A stretch of 64,000 nucleotides of DNA. Source: Candidatus Cloacimonadales bacterium. Its GTDB lineage: Bacteria; Cloacimonadota; Cloacimonadia; Cloacimonadales; JAIOQZ01. This document shows, piece by piece, positions 1 to 9,370 of this stretch (positions within the stretch are counted from its first letter, which is position 1; every line of letters starts with the position of its first letter). The stretch covers positions 1,888,001 through 1,952,000 of the forward strand of contig OY771587.1 of assembly GCA_963674825.1 (NCBI GenBank). Direction: 5' to 3'. A program made the translations under genes and the position numbers. Under the pieces are notes generated by a model, which was not told the origin of the DNA, did not search any database, and saw only the letters and a program-made list of their open reading frames with translations.

Positions 1-415
1 AGTTCTTCGCAGCTGATCGGATCATGGTTGGACCACCGATATCAATATTCTCGATCATTTCTTCATGGGATGCGCCGGGTGTCTTGAGCGTCTTTTCGAA
101 TGGGTAGAGGTTGACCACTACCATATCGATCCACTGGATGCCCAGCTCATCCGCTTTGGCGGTATGCTGATCGTTGTCGCGCAAACCGAGGATCGCGCCG
201 TGGATCATCGGATGCAGCGTCTTGACTCGCCCGTCCATGATTTCGGGAAATCCCGTGATATCCGAGACGTTCGTAACCGGAATATCTGCTTCTCGCAGTG
301 CGCGAGACGTTCCGCCGGTGGAAAGGATTTCATAGCCTTTTTGGTGGATCGCTGTCGCGAACGGAATAAGCTCCCGCTTATCCGATACGCTGATGAGAAC
401 TCGTTTACCTGTCAT
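1..415 (-). CDS. purH: IMP cyclohydrolase / PurH N-terminal (MGS-like) domain, partial; runs off the window edge
   Basis: Not in the ORF track. Hand translation from ATG at 415 gives [13 protein letters not shown]...LSTGGTS...[16 protein letters not shown]...VVVNLYPF...[17 protein letters not shown], classic PurH motifs. The start overlaps the upstream stop (ATGA). Confidence 0.93.
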   Translation of the reverse strand, partial: MTGKRVLISVSDKRELIPFATAIHQKGYEILSTGGTSRALREADIPVTNVSDITGFPEIMDGRVKTLHPMIHGAILGLRDNDQHTAKADELGIQWIDMVVVNLYPFEKTLKTPGASHEEMIENIDIGGPTMIRSAAKN

Positions 416-1521
416 AACATCTCCGTTTTCTTGACGACTTCGAAACCGGTCATCTTGTCCTGATCGATTCCCTTGTATATTTTCTTCAGCGCTTCGGCTG
501 CTTTACGGTCAAATTGCACATCGGCATGCTTCATGATCTCAGAGATTGCCGTTTCCGCCGAGAGTGCTTTACGATATGGGCGGTCCGATGTAATGGCGTC
601 GTAAGTATCGGCCACGGCCACGATGCGCGCCAGAAATGATATCTGGTCACCGGCGAGCCGGTTTGGATAGCCATTGCCATCGATACGTTCATGATGCTGG
701 CCCACGATGTTGAAGACCTCCTCTTCGAGGTCGATCGGCCGGATGATCTTCACGCCGATGGTGGGATGTTCCTTCATTTCCTCATACTCGAGCGGGTCGA
801 GCTTACGCGGAGCGCGCAGGATACGATGAGAGATACCGAGCTTGCCGATATCGTGCAGCACCGAGCCCAGGCGCAGAACCTTGAGTGTCTCGCTGTCGAG
901 GTTCATCTGTTGCCCGATCATCATGCTGATGGCTGTGACACGCTCGGAGTGACCGCGCGTGTATTCGTCGCTGGCTTCCAGCGCGTTGATCATCGCCAGA
1001 ATCGTTCCGAGAAGGTTCTCTTCGAGCTTTTGATTGGCAACCACCAGCTCTTTGGTCTTCTCGATGACCCTTTCTTCGAGAATATCGTAGTATTGCTCGA
1101 TCTGAAGCTGTAAATCGCGCTTTTCCACGGCTTTGTCCACCGTGATAAGCAGCTCGTTCATGCTGAAGGGTTTCTTGAGGTAATCATATGCACCCAGCCG
1201 GAACGACTTCATCAGGTTGTTCAGATCGGCAAAACCTGTAATCATGATAACGGGGAGCTTCTTGTCGTACTGTTTGATCAGCTTCAGGAGGGTGAGGCCG
1301 TCCATGTGAGGCATCTGGATATCGGTGACAACAGTATCGATATCGAGCTTTTCGACCAGCTCTTTCAGCTTGGTGGGATTGGAAACAGCGGTTACTTTGT
1401 AGCCGTTGTCCTCCAGCGTTTCTTGCATGATTTCGAGGATTGTTTCCTCGTCGTCCACTAGCAGAATATGCTTCTTCTTCTTGCCGATCTGTTCCAGCAT
1501 GTTCAGTGATTGACTATTCAT
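412..1521 (-). CDS. Response regulator with HD-GYP phosphodiesterase domain (RpfG-like)
   Basis: REC domain (LLVDDE, VTDIQMP, KPF) plus HD-GYP motifs [27 protein letters not shown]. Confidence 0.92.
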   Translation of the reverse strand: MNSQSLNMLEQIGKKKKHILLVDDEETILEIMQETLEDNGYKVTAVSNPTKLKELVEKLDIDTVVTDIQMPHMDGLTLLKLIKQYDKKLPVIMITGFADLNNLMKSFRLGAYDYLKKPFSMNELLITVDKAVEKRDLQLQIEQYYDILEERVIEKTKELVVANQKLEENLLGTILAMINALEASDEYTRGHSERVTAISMMIGQQMNLDSETLKVLRLGSVLHDIGKLGISHRILRAPRKLDPLEYEEMKEHPTIGVKIIRPIDLEEEVFNIVGQHHERIDGNGYPNRLAGDQISFLARIVAVADTYDAITSDRPYRKALSAETAISEIMKHADVQFDRKAAEALKKIYKGIDQDKMTGFEVVKKTEML

Positions 1522-2746
1522 AGCGCAATGCCTTTACCGGGTCGAGATTACTTGCGTTGACCGCCGGATAGATTCCGAAAATGAGTCCCACGCTTATGGA
1601 AATGATGGTAGCCGTAATGATCAGATTGACGTCTATGACCACTTCCATGTTGATGAAAGCAGCCACCTTATCTAGGATCGAGATTCCCAGCACAACCCCG
1701 AAGATGCCTCCAAAAAACGTGGTAAGGACTGTCTGCACCAGAAATTGAATAAATATATCGAACCGCCGGGCGCCTGTCGCCATGCGGATACCAATTTCAC
1801 GCGTACGTTCCTGGATTGTCGCCAACATGATGTTGGTGATGACAATACCTCCTACGAGCAGCGAAATACCGCTGATAATGAAAAAGATCGCTTTGAAAAT
1901 GATCGTGTCCTGCATACTTCGTTCGATCTCTTCCTTGGTCGATTCGACCACAAAAATCGGGTGGCCGTGACGCAGATTCAGCAGGATCGCTTCGAGCTTT
2001 TCTTTGAGCGGTATCACTTCCGAGACGTAGCGTACTTTTACGTCGAATGTCTGGATTCGCTCATCGTTGGATATCTTCTTAAGCACTGTGCTAAGCGGTA
2101 CGAAGCAGTAGCTATTGAGGTATTCCAGTGCGTTATCATCGCCGATCTCACTGCGCGCTTTCATGTAGCGGCGCTTCATCACACCGATTACCTGAAATTT
2201 TCGGTCCATAACGTAGATGTACTTTCCGATCGGATCTTCATTTCCAAAGAGCTTTGTCTTGGCTGTCGAACCAATAACTATGACATCGTTGTAGGCATCG
2301 AGATCGAAATCGCTGATAAAACGGCCTTTGGAAACACTCCATTCCTCGATATTGGCGAAATCGGGGAAGACACCGACGGTTTGCGGCCAGTATTCATTTC
2401 CGTTGTAATAAGCACGATGCGAGGTCCATTGATTGGACGATGGATTAAAGTATTCCACTTCGGGAATCAGCGACTGAATGAGCCGTAGCTCTTTGAAATC
2501 GAAGTGCCGACGTTCGTGATGCGGCTTGGAATATTCCCCATTGCGATGCACTGAAAGCTTGGTTGCTCCACCGCGTTCCTGAAGCCATTGTTCGGTGGTT
2601 TTATTGACGCCTTTAATCAGGGAGAGCACCACGATGATGGACATCGTTCCCAGTGCGATTCCCAAAACAGTTACGATGGTTCGTACTTTGCGACTCCACA
2701 GGTCGGATAGCCCGACAATCACGCTTTCTTTAAGCGATATCGCCAT
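1514..2746 (-). CDS. ABC transporter permease, MacB/FtsX family
   Basis: N-terminal TM helix, periplasmic domain, and C-terminal LLVGGIVITNIMLATIQERTREIGIRMATGA...[19 protein letters not shown]. Confidence 0.92.
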   Translation of the reverse strand: MAISLKESVIVGLSDLWSRKVRTIVTVLGIALGTMSIIVVLSLIKGVNKTTEQWLQERGGATKLSVHRNGEYSKPHHERRHFDFKELRLIQSLIPEVEYFNPSSNQWTSHRAYYNGNEYWPQTVGVFPDFANIEEWSVSKGRFISDFDLDAYNDVIVIGSTAKTKLFGNEDPIGKYIYVMDRKFQVIGVMKRRYMKARSEIGDDNALEYLNSYCFVPLSTVLKKISNDERIQTFDVKVRYVSEVIPLKEKLEAILLNLRHGHPIFVVESTKEEIERSMQDTIIFKAIFFIISGISLLVGGIVITNIMLATIQERTREIGIRMATGARRFDIFIQFLVQTVLTTFFGGIFGVVLGISILDKVAAFINMEVVIDVNLIITATIISISVGLIFGIYPAVNASNLDPVKALRYE

Positions 2747-3416
2747 CGGTGATTTTCCCGTCGATGATATGGATGATCCGGTTTGCCTTGCCGGCTACGC
2801 GCGGATCGTGTGTTACCATGATGACCGTGTTTCCTTTGTCATGCAATTCGGAGAAGATGTTCAAGATATCGGAGCCGGAATTGGTATCGAGGTTACCGGT
2901 AGGCTCGTCGGCGAGGATGATCGCCGGTTCGTTCACGATCGCTCTGGCGATGGCTACGCGTTGTCTTTGTCCACCGGAAAGCTCGGATGGTTTGTGCCGG
3001 AGGCGATCGCCAAGCCCGACCTGCTCCAGAATGTATGTAGCCCGTTCTTTTCGCTTCGCAGGGGATATTCCACTGTACATCAGTGGGAGCTCGACATTTT
3101 TTAGGATGTTGAGATGCGGTAACAGATTGAACGTCTGAAAGACAAAGCCGATTTTCTGATTGCGTACCGCGGCAAGTTGCCGTTTCTTGAGCTTGCTAAC
3201 TTTGTGGTCTTCCAGAATATAATCGCCACCGGAGGGAGTATCGAGGCAGCCCAGAATATGCATCAGCGTCGATTTGCCGGAGCCGGATGGCCCCATAATG
3301 GCTAAAAATTCACCGCGGTAAATCTCGATATCGACATTGTCCAGCGCGGTAACTTTGTGTTTGCCCATGTCATACACTTTATCCAGATTAACAGTCTTGA
3401 TGACAACATCCTGCAT
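2730..3416 (-). CDS. ABC transporter ATP-binding protein, LolD/MacB type
   Basis: GPSGSGKST, LSGGQRQRVAIARA, ILADEPTGNLD, VTHD. Confidence 0.95.
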   Translation of the reverse strand: MQDVVIKTVNLDKVYDMGKHKVTALDNVDIEIYRGEFLAIMGPSGSGKSTLMHILGCLDTPSGGDYILEDHKVSKLKKRQLAAVRNQKIGFVFQTFNLLPHLNILKNVELPLMYSGISPAKRKERATYILEQVGLGDRLRHKPSELSGGQRQRVAIARAIVNEPAIILADEPTGNLDTNSGSDILNIFSELHDKGNTVIMVTHDPRVAGKANRIIHIIDGKITDGDIA

Positions 3417-3461
3417 CGTTTACCTTCCAATTCCGATTCATTCGGCGGCAAAATTCCACAT

Positions 3462-4442
3462 TTATAGCTGCTTGGCAATCTTTTCTTTTTCTAATCCCTG
3501 CATGTCGGTGAAGCGCAGGGTGATATTCATGGTTTCAGGAGCCAGATTCTTGATGATGGACGCGCTTGCGCGATTCGGAAGTGTGATGCGCACCACGGCG
3601 TCAGATGGCAGTTTTTCGAGGTCGTTCCGAAGTCGCGATTCGATGTTTATGTTATCATCGTAGTGCAGAACGATCATCGGCCTTGCGGGGAGCTCCACGA
3701 AGCTATGCGTCAGCCTGCCATCCTGCCAGGCGAAATCGAAATAGCCCTTCTCCTCGAAACGCTCGATGAACGACGTTCGCTCCAGCGATCCCGGGTAGTA
3801 TACCGGTGTTTGCCCGTGTAATATCTGCCATTTGTGGATATGTCCGGCCAGTGCTGCATCGAATTCGTGCGGGATGTCGTGTATATTCACCACATCGTCA
3901 CGGCCAAAGAAGGTGAAATTCTCGATGCGCGATCCATCCACAGCCTGATGCATGCATAGCAGACGCAGATCGGCATCGTAATTCAGCCAGCCGGTGTTTC
4001 GCACAAGATCCGGGAAATTCGTGCGGACGTGATCACGGTCGTTTGGGAAGCCGCTAATCAGGATGTTTGTCCCGCGAACATTCAGCAGGAAGCTCTGCGG
4101 TTCTTCGAAAATGAACACGCGCTCGTGCAGCGCGAAAAGCCCGTGCGGGATATTCGAACGCTCGTGGTTTCCAGGGACGATGTAGACGGGTATCCCGGCG
4201 TCGGCAACGCGAAAGAGCTTTTGGAACACCATCCAGACCAGCTGCTCAGGGATCTTGCTTCGGTAAAAGAGGTCGCCGCCGTGGATGAGGAAATCCACCT
4301 TCTCGTCGATGGCTTTTTCGAGCACAAGGTCGAAATTGCGGAAGAAGTCATCGCCTCTCCGTCGCCGCTGGGTACGTGGCCGAAACGGGTAATCGAACCC
4401 CAGATGGGAATCCGAGAAGAAGAGAAATCGTATCGCGTTCAT
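3462..4442 (-). CDS. SbcD/Mre11-like DNA repair metallophosphoesterase
   Basis: SDSHLG, GGDLF, PGNHE, AGHIH and YPGSLERTSF motifs. Confidence 0.85.
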   Translation of the reverse strand: MNAIRFLFFSDSHLGFDYPFRPRTQRRRRGDDFFRNFDLVLEKAIDEKVDFLIHGGDLFYRSKIPEQLVWMVFQKLFRVADAGIPVYIVPGNHERSNIPHGLFALHERVFIFEEPQSFLLNVRGTNILISGFPNDRDHVRTNFPDLVRNTGWLNYDADLRLLCMHQAVDGSRIENFTFFGRDDVVNIHDIPHEFDAALAGHIHKWQILHGQTPVYYPGSLERTSFIERFEEKGYFDFAWQDGRLTHSFVELPARPMIVLHYDDNINIESRLRNDLEKLPSDAVVRITLPNRASASIIKNLAPETMNITLRFTDMQGLEKEKIAKQL

Positions 4443-4593
4443 CTGCCCATCTCGCAGGAGCGTACGGCGATTGTCAATGGATTCGTGGGAACTGTTTGAT
4501 TCGCCTGCTCGTTCAGCAGAAGAAATATCTTGCCAGAATCTAATATTAAGTGGAAATTATTAATAGAACACTTTTCCGTGCAAGGAGGGAGCA

Positions 4594-6441
4594 ATGAGAC
4601 GCGTAGTAATGATGGTACTGCTGGCGCTTGTCGTTACGACAACGCTGCTGGCGAAAGGCACCGGCTCAATCATGGGTAGTGTAAAGGATGAAGAAGGCAA
4701 TGTAGTAACTTATGCGAATGTCTTTCTGAAAGGTACTACCATTGGCAAGAACACGGATGATAAGGGTGAATATATCATCAATGAAGTTCCTGCTGGAGAA
4801 TATGACGTCGTATGCCAGCGAGCAGGATATTCTCCTGTAAGCATAAAGGCTGTCGTTCGAGAAAATGAAATCACAACGGTCAATTTCGTCCTTAAAAGGA
4901 GTTCCGCTTCATTAGATGGTCTTGACGTTGTGTCACGAAAAGAAGCTCTAAAGATATCCGGTTCCGGCTTGAGAACCACCGCGCAGTTTGTCCCGTATTC
5001 GAATGCTCCAATGGCTGAGTTCAACACCGAGGACTACCAGGGATTGACCTTCAACGGATACCGGGATGTCGCGGCCAATCCGCTTTCGACCTTTTCCATC
5101 GACGTCGATACCGCAACCTACAGCAACATCCGTCGTCTGCTCAATGAGAGCCAGTTTCCGCAACCAGACTACGTGCGCATCGAAGAGCTGATAAACTATT
5201 TCACCTATGACTACCCGCAGCCCAAGGGTGATGCTCCGCTGGAGATCGTGGTGGAATCCGGAATCTGTCCGTGGAACGAAGATCATTTACTTGCGCATAT
5301 AGGATTGCAGGCAAAAAAGATAGACCTTGAAAAAGCTCCCGCTTCGAATCTGGTTTTCCTGCTGGATGTCTCTGGCTCGATGGCCCAGCCCAACAAACTT
5401 CCTTTGGTTATCCGCTCCATGCGCATGCTGATAGACAAAATGCGTCCTGAAGATCGGATCGCTATCGTTGTTTACGCGGGTGCGGCAGGCGAGGTGTTGC
5501 CATCCACATCCGGTAATCAGAAAGAAAAGATACTCGATGCGCTCGAATCGCTGCAAGCTGGTGGCAGCACCGCCGGTGGGGAAGGAATCCGCCTGGCATA
5601 CAAAATCGCGAAAGATAATTTCAATCCCAAAGGCAACAACCGCATCATTCTGTGTACCGACGGCGATTTCAACGTCGGAGAATCCAGCGATGCCGCCATG
5701 CAGGATCTGATCGAAGAGAAGCGCAAGGAAGGCGTTTTCCTGACAGTACTCGGCTTCGGCGAGGGCAATATCAAGGACAACAAGATGGAGCTTCTCGCGG
5801 ATAAAGGAAACGGCAACTACGCCTATATCGACGACATTCTGGAAGCGAAGAAGGTGCTAGTCAAGGAGATGGGCGGAACCCTGTTCACCGTCGCAAAAGA
5901 CGTGAAGCTGCAAATTGAGTTCAATCCAGCGAAGGTCAAAGCCTACCGGCTTATCGGTTATGAAAACCGGCTGCTCAACAACGAGGATTTCAAGGACGAT
6001 ACAAAAGATGCGGGTGAGATGGGAGCCGGTCATACCGTGACAGCTCTCTACGAGATTATTCCGGCTGATTCGGACGAAGAAATTCCCGGCGTGGATCCGC
6101 TAAAATATCAGAAGACCAGATTGACCGATAAAGCCGAGTCCAACGAGCTTCTCACGGTTAAATTCCGCTACAAGAAACCGGATAGCGATACCAGCGTAGA
6201 GCTCCAGAGTGTGCTCAAGGAAAAGAAAACGAAGGTTGCGAAAACATCCGACAATTTCCGCTTTTCCGCAGCAGTAGCCGCGTTTGGAATGCTCCTGCGC
6301 AAGTCAGATTATATCGGCGATTATACATGGCAAAAAGTCATCGACCTTGCGAAATCAGCAAAGGGAAAGGACGACGAAGGGTACCGCGCCGAGTTTATTC
6401 AGCTGGTGGAAAAAGCGGAGCTGGTTGATCCCGGAAAGTAG
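4594..6441 (+). CDS. Secreted vWA-domain protein, YfbK-like, with N-terminal carboxypeptidase-regulatory-like domain
   Basis: Signal peptide, STFSIDVDTATY, MIDAS motif DVSGSM, TDGDFNVG and YRLIGYENR. RBS AAGGAGG. Confidence 0.9.
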   Translation: MRRVVMMVLLALVVTTTLLAKGTGSIMGSVKDEEGNVVTYANVFLKGTTIGKNTDDKGEYIINEVPAGEYDVVCQRAGYSPVSIKAVVRENEITTVNFVLKRSSASLDGLDVVSRKEALKISGSGLRTTAQFVPYSNAPMAEFNTEDYQGLTFNGYRDVAANPLSTFSIDVDTATYSNIRRLLNESQFPQPDYVRIEELINYFTYDYPQPKGDAPLEIVVESGICPWNEDHLLAHIGLQAKKIDLEKAPASNLVFLLDVSGSMAQPNKLPLVIRSMRMLIDKMRPEDRIAIVVYAGAAGEVLPSTSGNQKEKILDALESLQAGGSTAGGEGIRLAYKIAKDNFNPKGNNRIILCTDGDFNVGESSDAAMQDLIEEKRKEGVFLTVLGFGEGNIKDNKMELLADKGNGNYAYIDDILEAKKVLVKEMGGTLFTVAKDVKLQIEFNPAKVKAYRLIGYENRLLNNEDFKDDTKDAGEMGAGHTVTALYEIIPADSDEEIPGVDPLKYQKTRLTDKAESNELLTVKFRYKKPDSDTSVELQSVLKEKKTKVAKTSDNFRFSAAVAAFGMLLRKSDYIGDYTWQKVIDLAKSAKGKDDEGYRAEFIQLVEKAELVDPGK

Positions 6442-6443
6442 GG

Positions 6444-7181
6444 CTATCTTCCTTCCACGTGTAGGATTCGCGTGGAGCGTTTGAGCGTACGCAACACGAT
6501 ATAGATCAGCACGCACACACCCACTGCAATCAGCCAACTGATGGACAGGCGAACCTTGTGTGTGTGAATCAGCGTGTAAACGACTCGCACGAACGCGAAA
6601 GATACGGCAAGCCCGAGCAGGCCAGAATATTCTCTTTTCAGTACGTTACGAAGCGAGAATTCGAGATCGGATTTTCGCTTCGATCTGAATTTGGGGATAA
6701 AAACCGGGGTGGTTTGTGACCATACCTCATAAGCTTTGCCGAATTTCTTCGCCAGAAATTCCTCTTCTGCCAGCATGATGCGTTCGTAATAGAGTGCGTA
6801 TAGGACGCAGAAAAAGACGATGAACCAGATGTGCTCCGTGTAGAGAATAACGCCCAGCCACATCAGGAAGTTGCCAAGGTAGAGCGGATGACGAACCATC
6901 GAATAAATACCGGTGGTGTTGAGTGTATCGGCGATTTGTGAACGCGTATTGCGGCCGGATGTCCGTTTGGGTACCTGGCCTATCGTGATGATTCTGACCC
7001 AAAGTCCGATAACGGATATAAGGATGCAGAAGCCATTGTATATCTTTTGAATTGTCGGGTAATCATCAAGCGGCATCTTCTGTATTAAAGCCAATACGAC
7101 GAAGATTGCCAGCAGCAGCGGAAGATAGCTGCGATGGCGGAACAACCAGTTCCCTTGAACGTGCAAATCTTGTGATAACAT
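6444..7181 (-). CDS. Isoprenylcysteine-carboxyl-methyltransferase-family membrane methyltransferase (LmtA-like)
   Basis: GNWLFRHRSYLP, TSGRNT, LNTTGIYSMVRHPLYLGN, EEEFL. Start reassigned to MLSQDL at 7181. Confidence 0.8.
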   Translation of the reverse strand: MLSQDLHVQGNWLFRHRSYLPLLLAIFVVLALIQKMPLDDYPTIQKIYNGFCILISVIGLWVRIITIGQVPKRTSGRNTRSQIADTLNTTGIYSMVRHPLYLGNFLMWLGVILYTEHIWFIVFFCVLYALYYERIMLAEEEFLAKKFGKAYEVWSQTTPVFIPKFRSKRKSDLEFSLRNVLKREYSGLLGLAVSFAFVRVVYTLIHTHKVRLSISWLIAVGVCVLIYIVLRTLKRSTRILHVEGR

Positions 7182-7429
7182 TTTCAACCCTCTTTTTCTG
7201 GAACGATATAGTGAACAAATTTCATATGTTGTTTCTTTTTTTGAATGCACAATAAATGCAAGGATTTTCTCGAACCGGTTCAATTCGAGACCATGAAATC
7301 TGTTTAATTAGATTGTGTATTTATAATTATAAAAGTGAGTTGGGTTATCACATACTGTGGAGGGAGGGGCTCGGAAATTATTCGCATTTTTTATTGGATA
7401 CAGGAGCGACTTGCTTACTCGCGGTTAAA

Positions 7430-8308
7430 TCACGGGTTAAGATTTATCAGCCATAAAAGTGCTGCCGGGAAACGCCTTGCCCAGGCTGCTTCATTATGCT
7501 GCGCACCACCGTCTATGACGAGACGGCAGTCCATCACGCCTTTTTGTCTCAGGATCATGCGAATCTGCGTAGCATCGCTAACGTAAGACTTGCCTTCCAG
7601 GGTACCGGAATCGATATAGATACGGAAATCGTGATCGATCGAAACCGTGTCGAGGAAATCGAGCAGCGGCTGCTTGGCATACCAGAAAGCCGGTGAGAAT
7701 AGGCCGAGTTTTGAATAGACTTCGGGGTATTTCATGCCGGCATATAGCGAGATCAGTCCACCCATGGAGCTTCCGGCGATCATGGTGTTGTCGCGGTCAG
7801 GCAGGGTTCGGTAGTGCTGATCGACCCAAGGTTTGAGCGTCTTGACCAGGAAATCGACGTACTGAGCACCTTCGCCGCCATCACCGCGATCGTTATTCCT
7901 CCATGGAGAATATTCATCTATACGTAGCGACTGACCGTTGTCGATACCGACCACAATCGCGCCGTCCCATTTTCCTTCACGCACCAGGCCATTGATGGTC
8001 TCGTCTATCTTCCACTCGCCGACATAGGATGTGTATTCATCGAAGAGATTCTGCCCATCGTGCATGTAGATTACCGGGTAGTGGTTATCCGAATTGCGAT
8101 AACCTTCCGGTAGAAAGATTCGGAGCGTGCGACTCCGGCCCAGTTCCGGCATCTCGAAATCGTCGATGATCTCGACTTCTCCGTCGATGGTGTTTGGCTC
8201 CGACTGTTCCATTTGCGCTCTCCAGTTCTGGTATTTCTGATCCTCTCCGTCTGTTGCCTGTACGCAGATCGCGAAGAGAAGCAGCAGGATCGAAAAAATC
8301 TTCGGCAT
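7430..8308 (-). CDS. Secreted alpha/beta-hydrolase, putative esterase
   Basis: Signal peptide, YPVIYMHDGQNLF, nucleophile motif GSSMGG, HNEAAW. GGAGG RBS precedes ATG 8308. Confidence 0.88.
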   Translation of the reverse strand: MPKIFSILLLLFAICVQATDGEDQKYQNWRAQMEQSEPNTIDGEVEIIDDFEMPELGRSRTLRIFLPEGYRNSDNHYPVIYMHDGQNLFDEYTSYVGEWKIDETINGLVREGKWDGAIVVGIDNGQSLRIDEYSPWRNNDRGDGGEGAQYVDFLVKTLKPWVDQHYRTLPDRDNTMIAGSSMGGLISLYAGMKYPEVYSKLGLFSPAFWYAKQPLLDFLDTVSIDHDFRIYIDSGTLEGKSYVSDATQIRMILRQKGVMDCRLVIDGGAQHNEAAWARRFPAALLWLINLNP

Positions 8309-8428
8309 GGATTCCTCCTGCATCGATTTAGAGGCTGATGCTCATTTTGTCCACAAAATTGTAAAACCGCCCTTGACAAAACATCCCGCGTCCAGAGCAT
8401 CAAATCAAATCGAACTCGAGGATGGTAT

Positions 8429-9322
8429 ATGGCCAGGATAACACAGACCCTTTCTGATGAAGTCATCGCGCGGCTGGACCGCTTCAATCTGCGTGCTCGT
8501 CACATCGTGGAAGGCTTCATGATCGGTCTGCACAAGTCACCCTATCACGGCTTCAGCGTGGAATTTTCCGATCACCGGCAATATAATCCCGGCGACACCA
8601 TCCGCAATATCGATTGGAAGGTATTCGCCAAGACCGAACGCTACTACATCAAGCGTTACGAAGAAGAGACCAACCTCAAATCGTGGATCATCCTCGACCA
8701 CAGTAAATCGATGGGCTATACATCGGGAACGATAACCAAACTCGACTATGCCAAAACACTTGCTTCCGCGCTTTCATACCTGATGGTGTCGCAGCAGGAT
8801 GCCGTCGGCCTGCTGACTTTCTCCGATAAGATCGATGGTTATATTCCGCCGCGCGCCATGCGCAGCTATCTGGATATCATATTCAAAGAGCTTATTGAAA
8901 CCCGGCCAGACAGTGGAACCAACACCATTCAGACGCTGCACAGCCTTGCCGAACGCATCAAGAAGCGCAGTCTGATCATCCTCATCTCCGATCTACTGGA
9001 CGACCCGGACAACATCCTGCAAGGGTTACGTCACTTCCGGCACCAGAAGCACGAAGTGATTCTCTTCCACATACTGGATAAGCAGGAGCAGGAGTTCGAT
9101 TTCAAGAAGGAAACGCAGTTTGTCGATGCGGAGACCGGCGAAAAGATCACCGTGTTTCCCTGGCAGATTCGCAAGGATTACCTGGAGCAATTCCACGGCG
9201 CGGCCGACTACCTAAAGCAGAAATGCCACGAATACCGCGTGGAATACAATCCCATTACCACCGATACGCCCTTCGAACAGAACCTGATGAACTACCTGAT
9301 CAAACGCAGCCGCCTGCATTGA
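8429..9322 (+). CDS. DUF58 domain (vWA-like) protein
   Basis: GLHKSPYHGFSVEFSDHRQYNPGD..IDWK, EEETNL, DHSKSM, LISDLL. Confidence 0.93.
   Translation: MARITQTLSDEVIARLDRFNLRARHIVEGFMIGLHKSPYHGFSVEFSDHRQYNPGDTIRNIDWKVFAKTERYYIKRYEEETNLKSWIILDHSKSMGYTSGTITKLDYAKTLASALSYLMVSQQDAVGLLTFSDKIDGYIPPRAMRSYLDIIFKELIETRPDSGTNTIQTLHSLAERIKKRSLIILISDLLDDPDNILQGLRHFRHQKHEVILFHILDKQEQEFDFKKETQFVDAETGEKITVFPWQIRKDYLEQFHGAADYLKQKCHEYRVEYNPITTDTPFEQNLMNYLIKRSRLH
9111..9322 (+). repeat. Direct repeat copy 1: last 212 bp of the DUF58 gene
   Basis: Matches 12304..12515 at 198/212 positions by hand alignment, with no gaps. Confidence 0.95.
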
Positions 9323-9370
9323 AATTATTTCTTAATAACGTCTACGTTAACAACCATAATGCTAGCTTCA

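Noticed and set aside
65..463. 132-aa + strand ORF
   Set aside because: Antisense to purH, which is the real gene here.
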